A stretch of 44,620 bases of DNA from Nemertoderma westbladi (lineage: Eukaryota > Animalia > Xenacoelomorpha): assembly GCA_032718475.1 (NCBI GenBank), contig JAUCBJ010006269.1, positions 1-44,620 of the forward strand, read 5' to 3'. This document shows, one piece after another, positions 13,323 through 25,700 of the stretch. Both the position numbers and the translations under genes were made by a program. The notes under the pieces are model-generated. The model made no database searches and was not told the origin of the DNA. It saw only the letters and a list, made by a program, of their open reading frames with translations. How positions within the stretch are numbered: the first letter of the stretch is position 1; the number at the start of each line of letters is the position of its first letter.

Positions 13323-16300
13323 TTAAGAAGTCTGCTGAGTAATTTTATAATTGTGAAGGCTACCAGCAGTAACTCCTAAAACCTTCTTAGCAGCAAACTT
13401 TCGACGAAGTTTATGGGGAGGGAGAGAGACTCGATGAGTGGAACTAATCCCATAGCCACCACCACCTGGCGACTCCATAACGAACGTGTCCCCCGGCCCG
13501 AGAACCAACGATCTCTTCCCGCCGATATTCACGACTCTCCCGTCGCTAAAGACCACAGTGTTGCGACCCCGCTCACCCGGAGAGCCGCCGTTCATCCCGT
13601 ACGGCGCGAAGGATCTCCGTTCACTCAAAATACTCAGGGTCATTGTCTTCCTAAAGAGCAATTCCCGAATAATTCCATCTCCTCCGGTGAACTCACCGAC
13701 GCCTCCCGTGGCGAGGTTCACCTCAAATCGCTTCAACACAATCGGGTAGCGTTTCTCTAAGACCTCCGGATCGGTTATCCGCGTGTTCGTCATGTGGCAA
13801 TGAACGGCAGATCGGCCGTCCCATCCAGGCCCCGCACCCGCTCCTCCTCCAATCGTCTCGCAGTATCCCATCTCCTCGTCGCCTAGGGTTACAGTATTCA
13901 TACAGCCTTGCGAAGCTGCGCAGACAGAAAACGCCAAGAATATGACGTCACATAGACGTTGACTTGTCGTTACATTAGCACCCACGACGGCAGCCCCGGG
14001 GGAAGCACTCAAAATGGAGTTGGGGGGAATGATAACTCGGATTGGGTTCAAACAACCCTGATTGAGAGGCATCTCCTTACCAACCATAATGCGAAGGCAG
14101 TATATTATTGCAGCCATGGTTACTGCTCGAGGGGCGTTCGTATTCCCATAGACTTCAACACCAGTACCAGTGAAGTCAAAAATAGCGTCACCTGTATCAC
14201 AGTTTATTGAAACCTTCAAATTTATTGGAGTGCCGTCGTCCATATGGTCACAAGCGCTGAAATGAGATGCCCCTCTTTGAAGCAACATTTTTCTTCCAAA
14301 ATCCTTCAGCATATCTCTAACAAAGATCTCGGCATTTGACCTGATGTGGCTCATGTAAGCCTGAACCACATCCAACCCATACTCGTCTATCAAATCGCAT
14401 ACGAGTGCTATGCCCCTTTCATTCGCTGCCACCTGAGCATGGAGGTCGGACAAGTTGTCTTTGAGATTTCTTGTGCCACTACTGCCGGGATTGTCACCAG
14501 GAGAAAGTAAACGGGCGACAACTTCCTCCTCGCGGAAAACACCATCGACAACTAGTTTAAATGACTCAAAAACCGCCCCCTCTTGAGATAAAGCAGTTGA
14601 ATGGGGGGGCATAGACCCGGGTGAGATTCCGCCTATATCCGCGTGGTGTCCACGGTTTGCGACAAAAAATACCGGTTCTGGACTCATTTTATGATAAACT
14701 GGCGTGATGACAGTCATATCGGGTAAGTGGCTGCCACCACAGCGCGGGTGATTGCAAAGAATGACGTCACCTTCTCTCATACCGCCACTGACGTGTTTAA
14801 TCTGATACTGAACGGTTTCCTGCATTGCGCCTAAATGCACTGGTATATGAGGGGCGTTTGCAACAAGCCCTCCGTCTGGCCCAAAAATAGCGCATGAAAA
14901 ATCCAGTCGTTCCTTAATGTTGGTAGATATAGAGACACGTTGTAGGACTCGGCCAGTCTGTTCTGCTATACTCATAAATCTATGAGAGAATATAGACAAC
15001 TGAATGGCATCCAATTTCGTACCAATAACATTTGCACTTCCAGATCCTACTGATATGGTTAGGTTCCCGCTTTCGGTAATTTCAGCTTTACACTGAGGTT
15101 CAATAACAATTGTATTGTTGTCATCAACGATTATGGCTGGACCATTCATTTCCTGACCATAAGAAAGATCTGCTAATTTATAAATGTTGGTATCAACAAA
15201 CCCCTTCTCGAAATAACACTGGTTGATAGCTACGGATTTTGGTGGCGATATTTTTCTTAAAACTTTGTTGGGTTTTTGTATATTTGTGATTCCAGCACCA
15301 CGAACCCGAATATCGTCAATAACTAGGGAACGGTCTTTAACAATAAAACCGAATTCTCGTTTATATGAACGGAGAAATGATTGCAAATAATCATCATATC
15401 CACTGACGTTCATAATAGAGCCGCCAGATGGCGCGGAATTTCCACAAATCATCAACGCATGATCTGTACCAACATACCTCATATTTAGGTAATAATTGAA
15501 TCTCATATCGAACTTTTCAGAAAATCCGTATTCTTTAAGCGCCACCACGCATTTTAATTTCAAACGTAAAAACTCCTCATCAATAGAAGACATATTTGAC
15601 TCATTAAATGTGAAAGACGCCGGGGACTGTGCCTCATGAACCACATCAGCCAGTCCCATACCGTAAGCCGAAAGAATACCAGCATATTTATGAACCGTTA
15701 TTTTTTTCATCCCCAAAGTGCGAGCAATATCGCAAGCGTGTTGGGCCCCAGCGCCCCCGAAGCAAGCGAGAGCATGGTGAGCCGTATCGAATCCTTTGGC
15801 TTCGGTGAGGTTACGAATCGGTCGACACATTGTTTCGTTGGCAACCTTGATGAATCCAAGTGCAACATCTTCACTGGATAACAAAGGGTGATTAATTTGG
15901 TTGTCCGTGTAGAAAGAGTTTATTGCTTCCGCGAGACTCGATAAGACATTTAAGGAAGCCGCAAGGTCTAGGGGTTGGTTCTTTGTTTCGCCGAATATTT
16001 TCGGGAAATACTCCGGGATTAAACGACGTAACACGAGGTTGGCGTCGGTTATGGTTGCGGGGCCGCCTTTCCCGTAGCACGCGGGTCCGGGGTCTGCCCC
16101 TGCCGACTCCGGTCCGACTACGAACAGACCGGAGCTGAAGAACAGTCGCGATCCGCCGCCGGCCGCCACCGTGTTGATGTCGAGTTGCGGCGCTTGTATC
16201 GCGACCCCCGCTAGTGTCGCATCGAACACGTGTTCGAACTCACCCGCGTACCGCGACACGTCCGTGGACGTACCACCCATATCGAACCCGATTACAGGTT

Positions 16301-16750
16301 GACTCCCGTCGTAACTGGTAGCTGCGAACCCAACTACGCCCCCAGCGGGACCAGAGAGAATCGCACGGCATCCAGTAAAGTCGCGCATTGGAGTCAAACC
16401 ACCGTCCGACTGCATAAAGAGAATATTGGACTCATCCATATCTTTAAAACTTCTAGAGAAACCGTTGACATACTCTTTGATACAGGGGGTTAGATAGGCG
16501 TCAGCGCAAGCGGTGTGACCCCTTGGTACGATGCGGAACATCGGCATAACCGAACTCGATAGGGAAATGTTAGTAAATCCTATCTCCGCAGCTAATTGGC
16601 CAATCGCCCTCTCATGCTGAGTCATCGAATAGGAATGTAATAAGACGACAGCCAGACTGCGAATGCCTTTCTCAAACACTTCATTCAGATCTCGATATAA
16701 TTGGTCTAGTTTAATATCACCTTGGATGATAAATTCTTCTTGCGTAGTGC
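13323..16750 (-). CDS. OPLAH: OPLAH exon 5 (3428 nt, terminal)
   Basis: Acceptor tacattacag|GC; one open frame from GTTQEEF to ...KITQQTS*. Confidence 0.97.
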
Positions 16751-19700
16751 CTGTAATGTAGAAATATAACTAACATTAATTTAAACATTGTGAACCATTT
16801 CATAATTAAATCCACAAAACAATCAATACATAAAATATATTGCGACAGATAGTGGATACAACTTTAGATTTGCCTTTTCTTATGTTAATCAAAATCACGG
16901 TAGATGTATGTTATGTCTTCCAAGATAAATATTCTCAAATGTATTTTTCCCCAATTTCAACATTACTTAGCGAATCTTTAGTATTAGAATAATAAAGTAC
17001 ATTACGCCACTGATGATACATAGTGATACATGTTACTCCACTGATAACTCTAAAAGTAAAATAAAGTTTTCTTCAGCCGTTAGGCCAGAGACTACTTAAT
17101 GGTTTGTCTTAACTATTACAGTTTACTAGGAAAGTTTCAAAAGCAATCGTTTTCTAATAGCTAAATTTGGTAATGGTGTAGTGTAGTGAAATTTATACAA
17201 AACTTTGGCATAGCACTTTGTGTAATTATGTGTAATCTATTTTTTCCAAAATTGTAACATTACTCAACGCCGTTAGTATTAACACCGAGTTGTTATTTAG
17301 CACTTTACACATTTAGGGGACATTACAGCGTTGTATTGGCCTGTACATTTAGTATTGTATTTGGTGTTATCATTTAAGTAATGTCCCCTTAGTGGACATT
17401 ACTTAACGGATAACACCAAATACAATACTAAATGTACAGGCCAATACAACGCTGTAATGCCCTCTAAAGTTGTAAAGTGCTAAATAACAACTAGCTGTTA
17501 ATACTAACGGCGTTGAGAAATGTTACAATTTTGGAATAAAGTTAGTTATTCAATGTATTTTCTTGGCTGGAACTTGAAATTAATATGGTGCGATATACAA
17601 CTAAATTCTCGCTGCTAATATTAATGGGTAAAAAAATATTATCGAAAAACAACTATTCCTAATTGGTACAACGGTACTGCGCAGGTAACAAAATATATAC
17701 GTTCACTCTCTATGTATAAAATCTCACTTTTGTGTAGAATAGTATAACTATAATCAACCTTTGACTAATTTTCCAGGTATATCTAGAGTAGAATGATCTT
17801 GTTTGGGTACAACTCTGCAATCAACTTCTACCACTTCAGAGTACAACAGATCGGGCGATCGGATTTCTACATCAAATATATCTTGCCTATAAAGGATAAA
17901 TAGGAAAAAATATTATGTGGAATACACAAAGTTTACGATGTTATTACTTATTATTATTTATAGAGCATTGCAAATATAGTACGCATCTCCAGCTATATAT
18001 GAATAATATGATTGTATACATCAATTAAAAATAACTCGCAAACTAATTGTGTCTCAGAATGATCAAATAAATTCGATAAGATCATAAGTATTTTTTATTA
18101 CATCCGAGAAATACAGGAAGATGGATGAACTTTAAATTATTGATAATAAATTAATTGTAGTGGGGTGAGTGACGGTGAATTAAATATATATAATATAATA
18201 GAACAATATGATAATGCTCTCTATAGCGAAATATATCAACCGACCCTATTGGGGCTCGAACCCGGTACCAAGGTTTCAAAGTTCCGGTTATCATTAGCCG
18301 GGTTTGTGTCTATGACAACTGAGCTACCTGGACGGATGAAGAATTTATTCGCTATGGAGTGGGATATCATATTGTGAGGAACAGCGCAGTTGGGAGAGAG
18401 AGCACGCGATCGATCCGTCGGGTGAAGTGATAGGGCTATTCGACAACTCCCGTTAAGAATTGAAGTGAACCAACTGTATGTAGGAAGTTGAGAAAACTTA
18501 AGAATTTGAAGTGAACTGCCAGACTAATCAGTTTATTATATAATTATTATCAATAAGTAGATTATTAAGTGCACAAGGTTCAGAAATTACAGAAATTGTA
18601 TAAATACTAATTACAAATAAAAATGCCGCTATAAATATAAAAACGTTTACTGTTGTAAAAGTCAGGGGTTTCCGCTGGCAGAGGGTGAAGATGCAAGAAG
18701 GTACAGAAAGTGACGAAACATCGCCTTTTATAGCCAGACATCATGCAACTCGGGATCGAAACGTCTGAATGTTGATTGGCCGTAGCTCGTCACTGATTGG
18801 TCAGAGCTACTGGTTGGCCAAACAGTCACGTTTCGATCCTATTACACATATGAGCTGGTGAGAACTGGGGTCAATGACATAGAACGTATTATAGCGTGTG
18901 GCAAAGCAAACGTGACCCAATTGGACAAACTTACACGAGATTATTCACATATTGTGGGATTTTTCCAATCACTGAAAGGAAAGAACAACGCGATTCCTGT
19001 ACTCTCCAGTGAGTATTTCAGACAATCAACCAATCACAGTCGAAAGAATTTAGTGCCGTTGATTCGAACGACTACTCTGCGTTGCGCTGCTGGCTTGGGC
19101 CTGATCTTACTTTACCTTAGCCGCTCTTTGGAGTTGTTTCCCAGGTTGCGGATAGGGATATCATTTCACACCAATTTTATCACTAATTGTGATTGTGATT
19201 TCTATGCTTTGACTAAGTATTACATTAGATAGGAGAGAGTTTGTTTGGTTAATTCAAATCATTCTATTGCATATGAAGTGTCAAAAATGCAAGAAACCGC
19301 TATCTACAACAACTGTACTTATAGGGATGGTGAAGCATTATTTAAAAAAAACAGATGCTCCTGAGTTATAATGTCAATTCTTTGTTTAGACAGTAACTGG
19401 AGTTTCAATATCGCACATTATCTATTGTCATGCAGCCGGGATTTCCACCACTCCATCATGTTTGTTGCAGTACTAACCACAGCACTCAAAACCTCGACAT
19501 TAATGGTAACAGCTTGATATTAAATTATCCGTGAATTAACTAGGTTGCCATATTTAAAGTTTCGTTTCAAGCATAATATTTAAAAATAGTTACTACCCAT
19601 CCAATAACTTTAAGTTTAGAGTGTTTTCCATGCAAGAGACAAGAAGATGACCTAGTATATTTGCTATTGTTGCGCGATAAAGTTGAACATGTCTATCCCT

Positions 19701-22700
19701 AAATCTATTGAAATAAGAAAAATCGAGGCTGGTGATTTACCTGCTGTTAGAGAGATTGTTTACAATTGTCTTATGGAATTAACTGAACTCTACCATAAGG
19801 ATATTATTTCTAGAACGACCTTCTATGTGCCAGTGTTTGCGGCCTTTCTCATTCTTCTGACCTGCTACTCAACCCTATTTGCGATCTTAGTTTTGATCGC
19901 GGCTCCAATCCTATTGTATTTTTGGGTGAAATTGGTTTGGCACCATTTCATTACTACACGATTTTTCGATGGAAAACTCAACAGTTGGGCTGACGTTACT
20001 TTTCGTTACCTCGAGAAGGGTGGCACGTTTACTGTGGCCGTTCGTGGCGGTCACGTCATTGGCTGTGTGGGATTAGTTGTAGTTAATGACGTCATCGGTG
20101 CGGCTAAATTGGAAGTATTGAGTGTCGACACGAGATGGCGTAAGTCTGGAATTAGGAAAGAGTTGCTGAACCAAATTATCCAGGAAGCAGAAAGTAGTGG
20201 ACTTCGGGAACTGTTTCTTACTGTTTCTGTGTGTCGAGTTGCCGCCATATCTATATACAGGAAAACTGGTTGGAAGGAAGTAGCTTCGTTTCAGGAACCC
20301 AGGAATACGTGGACCTGTTAGCAACCAGTTCTAGTATGGGTATTCTATGGCGGTTCCGGAGATTCAAACCCCCAACCTATCGATCCAAAACCACAAATAT
20401 CGGGATCCAGATATTAGTTTATCCACTGGGAACTGTTCGGCACCATTTGAAGAAATTTGGCGCTTATATGAAAATCCGCACAAGGTTGCGTGAGCAACGC
20501 TTGTTCGGTTAACACTCGGATTGTCACGTTGAAAGGGCTACTTTTCCTACAGCGATGTAAATAGCTATTTCCGAGATATTCGGATAATTCAAACGTATAT
20601 TCAAACGTGTAAATTGATCAAATCATAATGCTTATTTACTATGTTCTAGAATGGTTATTAAGCTAGCGTTTTTAGAATACCAGTACAGTAAAAATAACAA
20701 CCACATGCCAAAATTCGTAACCTTTAATTGAAATATATAGATATCTGTATAATCAAATATACTTCCATTTCAATAGATCGAGTTATGTTGTTTCCAGAAA
20801 AACAAAACGAGGGCCGTAAAAGCTTTAAAGTTCTAATTGTGAAAAATAGAGAATCGAATTTCATTTATTTGTTATTAATAGTATTATAATTACTTATAAT
20901 AAAAATAATAATTATTATTAATAATAGTATTATTAACACTATATGCACTTCGACTTTCTAGAACAACCTTGTAACATGAAAGCTTGACATGTTAATTATA
21001 AACACAATTAGCGTAGTGAATAACGCGTTGGGTTATGAATGTGAAGGCCGCTGGTTCGATTCTAACTTATATCAATTTTGTAAGTTTAAAATTGTGTAAT
21101 AGTTAGTGTCTATTCGACTGACGGTGATGATATTTAGAATGTCGGGGTGACACACTGGACAATGTGGACATATATAGTAAATGTATGGAGTAGAGACATA
21201 CTGGGAAATAAAGTCGCACTGCGATATAAAGTTGGAAACTATGAAGCAGTGGGCGATTTGATAGTGCGAAATTAATTCCATAAAAATTGTTAGCGAATTC
21301 AATTCCGCCAACCACCCCCTAAAGTTGGCCAAGCAGGGCCTTTGAACAATATTGGGAGTACGAGGTTGATTTCCAATCAACCTCGTATCACCCCAATAAA
21401 CGGGGACAACAGGCCCCAAAGGAACACACACACAGCGGGGGTCAGAGGTTACACCCCCGGGAGGGAGAGAGTGACAGTAGCGGGGGGAAGCACTCCCAGA
21501 GAGATGGGAGGGCGAGAATTGGGTTATTAGCCAATGGGGGGCAGGCATCCACTGAGTGATGTAATACGGCCAACCAGTGCAATATATTACCAGTTACTGT
21601 TCCTCATTTATTCACTTAGTTAGTCAGTTTAGTTAGGGCAGAACGGGAACTCTTATTACCGTCCACTGCCGCCATCATCTTTCAGCTATTTACTGGTACA
21701 CTTACTCAACATTCAATCAACTGTGTTTATACTTTATTCAATTATATTATATCCCATATTTATACATACCGATCAACAACCCAGAACTCTTTTCACACAC
21801 AAACGGTGGGGACGCGTAGATAAGATAACCAACCGGATAAATCGGGGTTCTCGGATCCCGTCACAGTAATAAGATCTTATCTGCCCTAAGTAATAGAAGA
21901 AACTGTGACTGCCAGCCACCGACAGATAAAGCTAAAGATGAGTCGGGAAGGAGAAACGACACCGCCGCGGACCCTGGACGGCGACTTAACGATCCGCGAG
22001 GCCGCGACATGACGGTATCGACCCATGACGCCGGATCCATCGATTACAGGAGATCCGGCAATCCAAGAGGAGGGGGGCCGTCTACAGCAAGAGGACGAGT
22101 CGAAAGAGGGGAGAGACGAGTCGACACACGACGGCGGTCGACGTGCCGATGTCGCCGGCCAGCCACAGGCCGAGGGCGACGGACGGCCCACCGGAACGGC
22201 GACGGTGGGGCCGCCGGTACGATGCCGGACACGGAGGGATAGAGGAGACATCGGCGACGAGGACGTCGGGGTCAGCGACTGGCTCCGACGAGCCTACAAC
22301 GCGACCCGAAAGCAACTGAGGGAAGCCAAAGGAGGGGCCAAGATAGACGAGGTAAAGCTAGAGAAGCGGCTAGGTGAGTCGAATAAACATTTTGATTATT
22401 TAGTGCGCTTTGGGCAGGGAGAACTAGCCGATGAGAGAGCGAGAGGGGTTGCCACCGAACTGTTTGAATTGTGGGAATGTAGGGGCATGGAGCCTGGCGT
22501 AGTGTACGTAGTGCCATACTTAGTTGATGCCCGGGGAATTAAGTTGGTGGGTTGGAGAGGGCCGCAGGAGGGCGAATCCAAGGTTAACCCCGAGGATTCG
22601 GTCTCGTCGGTCGGCAAAAGTTTCAGGAAGCGGGGGAAAGTTAGTAGGACGGGAAGGCGATGGGAGTCCGTCGCGACCGATAAGTCTGCTACATCCTCCG

Positions 22701-25700
22701 CGAAAGTAAGACGGGTGATGGAAATAGATCTGGCGTGCCAGCTCGATCTGGCGGCGCTAGACCAGAGAGAATTAGAGAGACAGTTGGAAGAAGGGAGTGC
22801 GTTATTAGAGAAGGAGAAAGAGCTGGCTAGAGAGAACAGAGAGAGAGCCGAAAAGGTCGCGAGAAGTTTTAAGGAGTGTGAGGAAATAGGGAGGATAGAA
22901 AGGAAGGAGATAGAAGAGCGTGAGGCGAGAGAGCAGAATAGACGTGTAGAGCGTGAGGCGAGAGAGCAGAATAGACGTGAAGAGCGTGAGGCGAGAGAGC
23001 AGAGTGAGCGAAAAGAGTGCAAAGCGAGACGACTGGAGAGAGTTGTGAGAGAGGCGGAGTTAGCCGATCACAGTTCACGAGAGGATAGAGAGAGAGAAAT
23101 AACGGGAAAGCGTGTGTGGGATGATATGCACGCCCGGTTGAGGGGGCTTATGCAATATCAAGCCAAACAGAAGCGCCGACTAGAACTGGCGCAGATGGGG
23201 CTGTCAGAGAGCGAGGCTGGCTCGAGTAGTATTTACGAGGAGCCAGGAGTTCTGGAAACATTTATTAATACCCCACTTACAGGGACCGGACGACAGACCC
23301 AAGACTGGTGTGACCGTACGGGCGGGGGGGGGGGGGGGGTAATAATGATAATAATACAGTAAATGACGTTAATATTAATAGTACCGTAGTGGATAATTCT
23401 AACCAAACTTTCATTGCAGGAAATAATATTTTGCCCGACGGTAGTAATTTAAATCCGAATGATTCTAATAGAAATGTACAAAGTAGTCCGAATAATTTAA
23501 ATAATAGTCTAAACCCGAATATACAAAATAATTCAAATAATATAATTACGCAAAATAATTCAAATAATTTAAATTTAAATACACAAAATAATTTAAATAA
23601 TAATCCCGTTTCAAATTCTAATAATTCTAACAATTTAATTGATTTGGAGGATTTGATTGATTTGACAGATAATACTGGTAATGGTGCTATTAATATGAAC
23701 GTGGCGGACGTGCATAGCCCGGAAAATGAGGGCCTGGTAGGCCACGTAGTCAGTAGGCAGGAAGTGGCAAGGTTGAGTCAACCCAATGAGGGCCTGGTAG
23801 GCCACGTAGTTAGTAGGCATGAAGGGGCGGTGTTGAGTCAACCCAATGAGGGCCTGGTAGGCCAGGTAGTTAGTAGGCAGGAAGTGGCGGGCCTGGTAGG
23901 CCACACAGTAGCAGAGGGAGAGGGAGGCGGGGGTGAATAGACCCAGCTGCAGTAGGGTTAGTGTGTCGACTAGAGAGGGGTGTAGAAACGAAGTGAGAGA
24001 TAGTGAACTGATAGGTGGCGAGTGGGGGGGCGGGGGGGCTACAGGAGCCCCACAACGAGAGATTAGCGGCGAGAGGGGGGGGGGAGGGCAAAGAGTGTCC
24101 CACAAGCGTCGGCGGATAATGCGCGGGGCGAATTAGGTGAACCGAAACACCCGGCGATGGAGAATAGTAGGGGGATTACGAGTATTCCCAGCGGCGTGCG
24201 ATCGAGCAGAGAGAAGCAGGTTGACGTCACAAAAGGGCGAGCGACAAGACGTCGAGCCCAATCAGAAGAGGGAAGAAGAACAGTGGAGTTTAACCGGGAG
24301 GTCGACGAGAGATCTCATGACCGGGGATACTGCACTACAGAGAGAAGAAGGGAAGAGGATAGAAGAAGTGTCGTCGCGAATGACAGGAGAGCGAGGACGG
24401 ATAGCGAGCCGTCGGTAGTAGAGATGGAGACGGAGAGTCAGTGGGGTCGAACTCCGGGAGATTGCCGTCGCCCCGGGGAGACGCGACCTGACGAGGCGTA
24501 CTACGCGCAGAGATAAGGGTACAGGATGTACCGGTACGAGGACGAGAGCAGTAGAGGGGGTCGAAGAGAAACTTCCCGACGGGATCTGCCTAGCGATCGA
24601 GAGTACGGTAGCCACGGGGAGGATTATTCGAGAAGATTAAACTTTGATCCCGAGCGACACATACAGACTGCAGGACATACTGTAGGCCTTACTGCACATA
24701 CCATAGGCCATGCTGGGAGAGATAATGTAGGCGATAGGATAGCGCGGACGACGGGATTAAACCCGGAAGTTGCAGAGTACATACCGGCAGGTAGGCCAGA
24801 AGTAGATAGGCCTATACCGGTACCAGCACAGCAGTATGACTACAGCATGCAGGGACATAACATATATCCAGGGGAGGGGAGAGTTATTGCGGATAGGTGC
24901 ATGGGCCCCAATATATTAACATCAACCCCAGTATTAAACATACCGGTGGGGGGGGGGGGGGGGGGACAGGGTGACATTCCCCCATCACAATATCAACAAT
25001 ATATCCCAGTAGGAATAAGATCATCGAACCCCTTGGACGAGAATAGATCGTGCGACACCGAAATATGGAAGGGGCCGCTACCCCCAATGATATATCCAAG
25101 TCAAAGGAAAGCGGCAGACAGGACGAACGGACCGCACCCAATGGGAGAATCTATACAGCATCCATTGAACCCATTGGAAGCACAAGCAATGTGAATGGCT
25201 ACACTAATCGATGCATTAAGAACTAGGATCGAGTTACCACCCGTGGAACCGTTCAAATTCGATGGAAGTAGGCCGGAAGAATACCTGCAGTTTCGGCGCA
25301 TGTATAGCAATGAAATATTAACGAAGAATTTGACACAAGCGGAGTGCCTAAAGTATCTGCAAGTATATACAGGAGGCCCAGCATACGACATCGTGAGGCA
25401 ATAACAGGGCATTGAGGGTGGCTTCACGACAGCATGGCGGGCACTAGACAGGGAGTATGGGCACCCGGCCAAGATCATCCGGCAGACCCTGAGAGGTATA
25501 ACATCGGGTGGCCTACAGGATAACCCCGTTAGCATAAAGACATTCGCTAACAAAGTTGAGAAGGCGCTAATCGTGCTAAAGACACTGGACGCACCATACG
25601 AACTCAACGCATCCAATAACATCACCACGATAGCGCAGGCACTGCCGATGTGGTTGCGCAACAAGTGGAGGAAGATTGCTTTCTCCACTCGAGGCAGAAA

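Noticed and set aside
13323-16750. Bacterial hydantoinase/oxoprolinase contamination or recent horizontal transfer
   Set aside because: It splices in frame to four upstream GT-AG exons, giving the fused eukaryotic OPLAH layout.
18243-18333. Functional tRNA gene (also 2285, 2583, 21009, 37192)
   Set aside because: A and B boxes are present but acceptor and anticodon stems do not fold cleanly; treated as SINE remnants.
18735-18766. Hammerhead (GAAACGTC)
   Set aside because: No CUGANGA-like core upstream; explained by the foldback arm.
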